From Acidimicrobiales bacterium (GTDB lineage Bacteria > Actinomycetota > Acidimicrobiia > Acidimicrobiales > Ilumatobacteraceae), in the NCBI GenBank assembly GCA_035719525.1, contig DASTFY010000247.1:1-41431 (forward strand): a stretch of DNA of 41,431 bases. The letters run 5' to 3'. The notes below the pieces were generated by a model. The model saw nothing but the letters and a program-made list of their open reading frames with translations, was not told the origin of the DNA and did not search any database. Numbering within the stretch: the first letter of the stretch is position 1; each line of letters starts with the position of its first letter. The position numbers were made by a program, and so were the translations under genes. Positions 35,854 to 41,431 of this stretch are shown here, in pieces.

Positions 35854-38124
35854 TCAGGGGTTGACGGTGAGGGGAGCGCCCGGGTCCACCGGGGCGCGCT
35901 CGCCAGCCTCGATGGCCTCCAGCAGGTGCATGGCGATGTCAGCCACTCGGACCTGGTCGTCGCCGGCGCCTGCCGCCTTCACCCCGTCGTCCATCATGAT
36001 GTAGCAGAACGGGCAGGCGGTGGCGATCCGGGTGGCGCCGGTGGACAGCGCCTCCTGGGCCCGCTCGTCGTTGACCTTCTTGCCGATCGACTCCTCCATC
36101 CACATGCGGGCTCCCCCAGCGCCGCAGCACATCCCCTTCGTCCCGTTCCGGGGCATCTCCACCACGTCGATGCCCTTCAGCGATCCGATCACCCGCCGCG
36201 GTGCGAGGTACACGTCGTTGTGCCGGCCGAGATAGCACGAGTCGTGATACGTGACACGCTCGGGCAACGTGGCGGCGCTGACGTCGAGCCGGCCGCTGTC
36301 GATGAGCTGCTCGAGTAGCTGGCTGTGGTGGATCACCTCGTAATGGCCACCGAGCTGCGGGTACTCGTTCTTCAACGTGTTGAAGCAATGAGGGCACTGC
36401 GTGATGATCTTCCTCACGCCCATGCCGTTCATCATCTCGATGTTGGGCAGCGCCATCATCTGGAACAGGTACTCGTTGCCCGATCGGCGCGCCGGGTCGC
36501 CGGTGCACATCTCGCTCGGGCCGAGGATCCCCACATCGAGGCCGGCCCGCCGGAGCAGCTTGGCCATCGCCTGGGTGACCTTCTTGTTCTTGTCGTCGAA
36601 GGATCCTGCGCACCCCACCCAGTACAGGTACTCGTGGCTGATGCTCTCGCCGGGCTCGACGACGGGGACGTCGAGGCCCGCAGCCCAGTCGCCGCGGTCG
36701 CCCTGGCTCATGCCCCACGGGTTCCCTTGGTTCTCGATGGCCCGGTAGGCGTTGCCCAACTCGGCCGGGAAGTCGCTCTCCATCAGGGAGAGGTAGCGAC
36801 GCATGTCGAGGATCTTGTCGAGGATCTCGATGTTGACCGGGCAGATCTCGTCGCATGCTTTGCACGTCGTGCAGGCCCATATCTCCTCGGCCGTGATCCG
36901 TTGGAACAGCGATGCGCCCGAGATCGTGATGTCGCCGTCCACACCGAGGGGAGGCGACACCGACCCCACCGGCGCGGACGCGGCCATGACCTCGCCGACC
37001 TTCAGCACGATCTCGCGGGGATCGAGCGGCTTTCCGGTGGCGTGGGCGGGGCAGACGCTGGTGCAGCGGCCGCACATGGTGCAGGCGTCGGTGTCGAGTA
37101 GTTGTTTCCAGGTCATGTCCTCGACCACGCTCGCCCCGAACGTCTCGAGGGACGTCTCGGTCAGGTTCGGCATCGGCTTCATCGCGCCCTTGGGACGCGA
37201 CCTGTCCCTCAGGTAGATGTTCAGGGGGGAAGTGAACATGTGCCTCAACATGGTCACGGGCAGGATCAGCAAGAACGCGAAGAAGGCCAGGACGTGGGTG
37301 ATCCACATCGCCTGGTGCCAGCCGTCCAGGGTGCGCTCGGCTGACCCGTCGACCAGGGTGGCCAGCGGGTAGCCGACGAAGCTCCAGCGCTCGAAGGCGG
37401 CCGTCCCCTCCTGCGCGATGCGCAACATCTCCGTGGCGAAGCCGGTGAGCCCGATCAGGAGGAACACGCCGAGGATCACGGCGTGCTCCGGCTTGCTCTT
37501 GATGCGGATGCGGTAGGGCCGGTGCAGGTACCGGCGGCCGACGGCCCACACGACGCCGGCCAGGAACACCAACCCGGCCGCGTCGCCGACGAAGGAGTAG
37601 GCCTGGTAGGTGGTGCCGTGGAGGAACTTCAGGTCTTCGGGGAGCTGGTGGTCGATCTCGAGGGTGGCGGTGACGGCGAGGAGGACCAGGAAGCCGAAGT
37701 AGATGAGCGAGTGCATGACACCGGCGGCGGGATCGCGTAGCAGGGTGCGCATGTAGACCCCGGCCCGGTAGTCGGCCATCCGGCGCTTGGCGTTGCCGGC
37801 CGTGGTGCGCCGGTTGTCCGGGCCGCCCCGCTCCCAGTTCCGCACCCGGAGCGAGAACAGGTAGGCGACGAAGATCAGGAGGACGGGCGTGATGGTGTAG
37901 AAGGCCACGACCACCGGGTCGGGAATCGAGCCGAAGACCTCCCTCGAGATCGGGCTCGTCTCGTGCCAGCCGGTCAGCAGCGGCAGCACTCCCGAGGCCA
38001 GCGTGAAGAGGCCGGCGAAGACCCCCAGCCCGAGGACGAACTGGTGCGGGCGTGGTCCCCGCCTCCGGGCGGCGGTAGCCGGTTCCTCCGGCGCGGCCGA
38101 ACTCGGCGCGACGCTGGTGCTCAT
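35854..38124 (-). CDS. membrane-anchored (Fe-S)-binding reductase (NarI-like TM domain + 2x[4Fe-4S] ferredoxin + two CCG domains; HdrD/GlpC-like)
   Basis: CTMCGRCTSVCP and CTTCKACDEICP ferredoxin motifs. CCG-type motifs YWVGCAG and TYHDSCYLGR...CCGAGG. The N-terminal third has multiple TM helices. Confidence 0.85.
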   Translation of the reverse strand: MSTSVAPSSAAPEEPATAARRRGPRPHQFVLGLGVFAGLFTLASGVLPLLTGWHETSPISREVFGSIPDPVVVAFYTITPVLLIFVAYLFSLRVRNWERGGPDNRRTTAGNAKRRMADYRAGVYMRTLLRDPAAGVMHSLIYFGFLVLLAVTATLEIDHQLPEDLKFLHGTTYQAYSFVGDAAGLVFLAGVVWAVGRRYLHRPYRIRIKSKPEHAVILGVFLLIGLTGFATEMLRIAQEGTAAFERWSFVGYPLATLVDGSAERTLDGWHQAMWITHVLAFFAFLLILPVTMLRHMFTSPLNIYLRDRSRPKGAMKPMPNLTETSLETFGASVVEDMTWKQLLDTDACTMCGRCTSVCPAHATGKPLDPREIVLKVGEVMAASAPVGSVSPPLGVDGDITISGASLFQRITAEEIWACTTCKACDEICPVNIEILDKILDMRRYLSLMESDFPAELGNAYRAIENQGNPWGMSQGDRGDWAAGLDVPVVEPGESISHEYLYWVGCAGSFDDKNKKVTQAMAKLLRRAGLDVGILGPSEMCTGDPARRSGNEYLFQMMALPNIEMMNGMGVRKIITQCPHCFNTLKNEYPQLGGHYEVIHHSQLLEQLIDSGRLDVSAATLPERVTYHDSCYLGRHNDVYLAPRRVIGSLKGIDVVEMPRNGTKGMCCGAGGARMWMEESIGKKVNDERAQEALSTGATRIATACPFCYIMMDDGVKAAGAGDDQVRVADIAMHLLEAIEAGERAPVDPGAPLTVNP

Positions 38125-38215
38125 GGCGGCCGTGAACCTATCCGTCGGTCACCCAGCCGGTGAACCCGTCACGACACGGACGCCGCCGCGTTCGGCCACG
38201 GGCCGGTCTCCGGCT

Positions 38216-38641
38216 TCAGCCGTAGATCTGGCGGTCGAGGTCGCGGATGCGGCTGGCCAGCACGCTCATGATCTTGCGGCCGATGTGGGGCACCTCGTCG
38301 ATCACGCTCGAGAAATGACGCTGGTCGAGCACGAGCACCGTCGACTCGGTGTCGGTCGTGACCGTGGCCGTACGCGGCCCGTGGTCGAGCAGCGAGAGCT
38401 CGCCCACCACCGACCCCTCGCCGAGCACCGCCACCTTCTTCCCGTTGCGCCTGACGGTCGCGGAGCCCTCCATGATGACGAAGGCCTCCCGCCCGGTCTG
38501 GCCCTGATCGGCCAGCGGGTATCCGGCCGGGACCGTGATCTCGTCCGCCGCTCGGGCGATCTTGCTCAGATCTCTGTCGGTGCAGCCCGCAAAGAGCGAC
38601 ACGTTGCGGAGGTGTTGGAGGTGTTGCTTCCTGCCGGCCAT
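38216..38641 (-). CDS. cyclic nucleotide-binding domain protein
   Basis: 141 aa. LF.G........I.......V.AG.....QG..G...F.I..G...V......V..LG.G...GELSLL....RTATV is the canonical cNMP-binding fold. Confidence 0.85.
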   Translation of the reverse strand: MAGRKQHLQHLRNVSLFAGCTDRDLSKIARAADEITVPAGYPLADQGQTGREAFVIMEGSATVRRNGKKVAVLGEGSVVGELSLLDHGPRTATVTTDTESTVLVLDQRHFSSVIDEVPHIGRKIMSVLASRIRDLDRQIYG

Positions 38642-38779
38642 GGCAGCGGACTCTATCCCTGTTCAGCAGGCACGACGCGCAAGCGCGGTGGCGGCGCGGC
38701 CGAGCGTTGCGCGTGGGCCTGGCGGGCCTTCACATGGGCGAAACACGAGCGAAACCTCGGCTGCCTACCGTCGCCATCT

Positions 38780-39642
<863 letters not shown>

Positions 39643-39681
39643 TTTTCGCGCTCGCAAGCGGAGCTTGCTCGGCGAGTTTTG
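39643..39681 (+). repeat. 38-39 nt direct repeat R1 (hairpin plus T-run; possible terminator of the PII gene)
   Basis: TTTTCGCGCTCGCAAGCGGAGCTTGCTCGGCGAGTTTTG begins right after the PII stop. It contains the hairpin GCAAGC-GGA-GCTTGC and ends in TTTT. Confidence 0.7.
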
Positions 39682-39796
39682 GGTGGAGCCGGCCTGGCGG
39701 CCGGCGCCCAGCTTGTGGGCGAGCGACCGGGGGACCCGGATCGCTCGCTGGTGGGGGCTCCGGCGGAGCCTCTGCCCCCATACCCCCGCCGCGGGG

Positions 39797-39834
39797 TTTC
39801 GCGCTTGCAAGCGGAGCTTGCTCGGCGAGTTTTG
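39797..39834 (+). repeat. direct repeat R2
   Basis: TTTCGCGCTTGCAAGCGGAGCTTGCTCGGCGAGTTTTG is near-identical to R1, 115 nt downstream of it. Confidence 0.7.
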
Positions 39835-39918
39835 TGCTTGACCACTGTGCGTGGGCATCGGCGCACTGGGTGCTCAACTGCCAGGTCCGGGCCCGGAGTC
39901 TGATCCAGGTAGCCGGGG

Positions 39919-40722
39919 GTGCCGGACGCCTCTCGGCGAAGTCAGGGGTACCGTCCCCTTCCCGTGACCACGTTCGTCGACGACACCGCGCTGGCCGCGG
40001 ACCTGGCCTCAGGAGCGGGGGAGCTGCTGCTCGCCCTGCGGCGGTCCGAGCTGACCGGTGACGATCTGAAGAAGGCGGGCGACCACCAGTCCAACGAGTA
40101 CCTGCTCGAGCGGCTGTCCGCCGAGCGACCGGACGATCTCGTGCTGTCCGAAGAGAGTGCCGACAGCGGGGCCCGACTCAGCGCCGGCCGCGTCTGGATC
40201 ATCGACCCCCTCGACGGCACCCGGGAGTTCGGCGAGGTTCCACGGACCGATTGGGCCGTCCACGTCGCGCTCTGGGTCGAGGGCCGGCTCGTGGCGGGTG
40301 CCGTCGCGCTGCCCGGCGCCGGCCGGATCCTCGTTTCGGACCCTCCGTCCCCGCTGCCGCCGGCCGCGCCAGGCCCGCCACGGCTCGTGGTCAGCCGTAC
40401 CCGTCCGCCCGCGGTCACCGCCGCCGTGGCCGAGGAGCTGGGAGCCGAGCTCGTGCCGATGGGCTCCGCCGGTGCAAAGGCGATGAGCATCCTGCTCGGC
40501 CAATCGGATGTGTACCTGCACGGTGGAGGTCAGTACGAGTGGGACTCGGCCGCGCCGGTGGCGGTGTGCGCTGGTGCAGGGCTCCACACCTCGCGCGCTG
40601 ACGGTTCGACCCTCCAGTACAACCAGCCGCGGCCGTGGCTGCCGGACCTGCTCATCTGCCGGCCCGAGCTGGCCGAGACCGTGCTGGCGGCCGTGGCTGC
40701 CGTCGGCGGCATCGACGCCTGA
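39919..40722 (+). CDS. cysQ: 3'(2'),5'-bisphosphate nucleotidase CysQ (inositol monophosphatase family)
   Basis: LSEES, WIIDPLDGTREF and WDSAAP motifs. The start is uncertain (GTG 39919 or GTG 39964). Confidence 0.8.
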   Translation: MPDASRRSQGYRPLPVTTFVDDTALAADLASGAGELLLALRRSELTGDDLKKAGDHQSNEYLLERLSAERPDDLVLSEESADSGARLSAGRVWIIDPLDGTREFGEVPRTDWAVHVALWVEGRLVAGAVALPGAGRILVSDPPSPLPPAAPGPPRLVVSRTRPPAVTAAVAEELGAELVPMGSAGAKAMSILLGQSDVYLHGGGQYEWDSAAPVAVCAGAGLHTSRADGSTLQYNQPRPWLPDLLICRPELAETVLAAVAAVGGIDA

Positions 40723-40734
40723 GCCTGCTCGACC

Positions 40735-41431
40735 ATGCGAATCCTGCACGTCAACAAGTTCCTCTACCGCAAGGGCGGCGCCGAGGGGTACATGGAGGAC
40801 CTCGCCGCGCTCCAGCAGCGGTCAGGGGCGACCGTCGCCTTCTGGGGCATGGACCACCCGGAGAACACGCACGTCGAGTTGGCCGGCACCTTCCCGTCCT
40901 ACGTCGACTTCGACAGCCCGCCGTCCGGTGTCGCTGAACGCTCCAGGATGGTCGGGCGAATGGTGTGGTCGTTGCAGGCACAACGAGGAATGGCAGCGGC
41001 CATCGAGCGCTTCCGGCCCGACGTGGCGCACCTCCACAACGTCTACCACCAGCTCTCCCCCTCGATCCTGACCCCGCTGCACAAAGCGGGCGTTCCGGTC
41101 GTGCTCACGCTGCACGACTACAAGCTGGTCTGCCCCACCTATCAGCTGCTCGATCAGGGCGAGGTGTGCACGGCGTGCGTGGGCGGCAAGTTCTGGAACG
41201 CGCCGGTACGCAGGTGCCGGAACGGCTCGCTCCTGGCCAGCGCCACGATGGCTGTGGACCTCAGCATCCACACCCTGTTGCGCTCGTACCGGCACGTGGA
41301 CGCGTTCGTCTGCCCGAGCCGCTTCCTCGCCGATCAGATGGCGCGCGGACGCGTGTACCCGGACCGCATGCACGTGATCCGGCACTTCATCGATCTCGAC
41401 GGGGTGGAGCCGAAGTCGTCCCCCGGCGGCA
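40735..41431 (+). CDS. glycosyltransferase (GT4-like N-terminal domain), 3'-truncated by the window edge
   Basis: Not in the ORF track because no stop is reached. My own translation from ATG 40735 is MRILHVNKFLYRKGGAEGYMEDL...VAHLHNVYHQLSPSIL...VLTLHDYKLVCP...C.AC, open to 41431. Confidence 0.7.
   Translation, partial: MRILHVNKFLYRKGGAEGYMEDLAALQQRSGATVAFWGMDHPENTHVELAGTFPSYVDFDSPPSGVAERSRMVGRMVWSLQAQRGMAAAIERFRPDVAHLHNVYHQLSPSILTPLHKAGVPVVLTLHDYKLVCPTYQLLDQGEVCTACVGGKFWNAPVRRCRNGSLLASATMAVDLSIHTLLRSYRHVDAFVCPSRFLADQMARGRVYPDRMHVIRHFIDLDGVEPKSSPGG

Noticed and set aside
39643-39834. Possible minimal CRISPR array (two 38-nt direct repeats)
   Set aside because: There are only two repeats, and the spacer is about 115 nt, far longer than CRISPR spacers. 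No cas genes are in the window, and each repeat looks like a hairpin plus T-run terminator.

Overview
High-GC (actinobacterial-type) chromosomal segment, densely coding, with many 1-8 nt start/stop overlaps. I saw no transposase, integrase, CRISPR array or rRNA. Left to right: (1) envelope and housekeeping genes (poly-Pro lipoprotein, YhhN, YggT-like, formylglycine-generating enzyme, META lipoprotein). (2) A tightly coupled six-gene kynurenine/3-hydroxyanthranilate operon (RidA, HAAO, ACMSD, KMO, TDO, kynureninase). (3) A cobalt-type nitrile hydratase operon (beta, alpha, His-tailed accessory protein) plus OsmC. (4) The most unusual part, about 12.7-30.1 kb. It holds recognisable members of the Nit1C / MSMEG_0565-0572 / sll0783-0787 nitrogen-starvation cluster: Sll0783-like protein, small protein, flavoprotein, AIR-synthase-related protein, GNAT, radical SAM and glycosyltransferase. 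The nitrilase is missing, and the cluster is split and interleaved with FdrA/DUF1116/DUF2877 plus carbamate kinase (oxamate-carbamoyltransferase-like set), two fumarate-lyase-superfamily enzymes, a ComA-like protein, an RpiB-like protein, an XRE-cupin regulator and two unrecognisable proteins. (5) Dienelactone hydrolase, two F420-type enzymes, an auto-inhibited Fic protein next to tRNA-Gly(CCC), dCTP deaminase, sulfotransferase, orphan CbtB, a large membrane Fe-S (HdrD/GlpC-like) reductase, a cNMP-binding protein, a winged-helix regulator coupled to a PII protein, CysQ, and a 5'-partial glycosyltransferase running off the window (absent from the ORF track). Several intergenic repeat families are present. 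All family calls come from motif recognition by eye; no searches were run.
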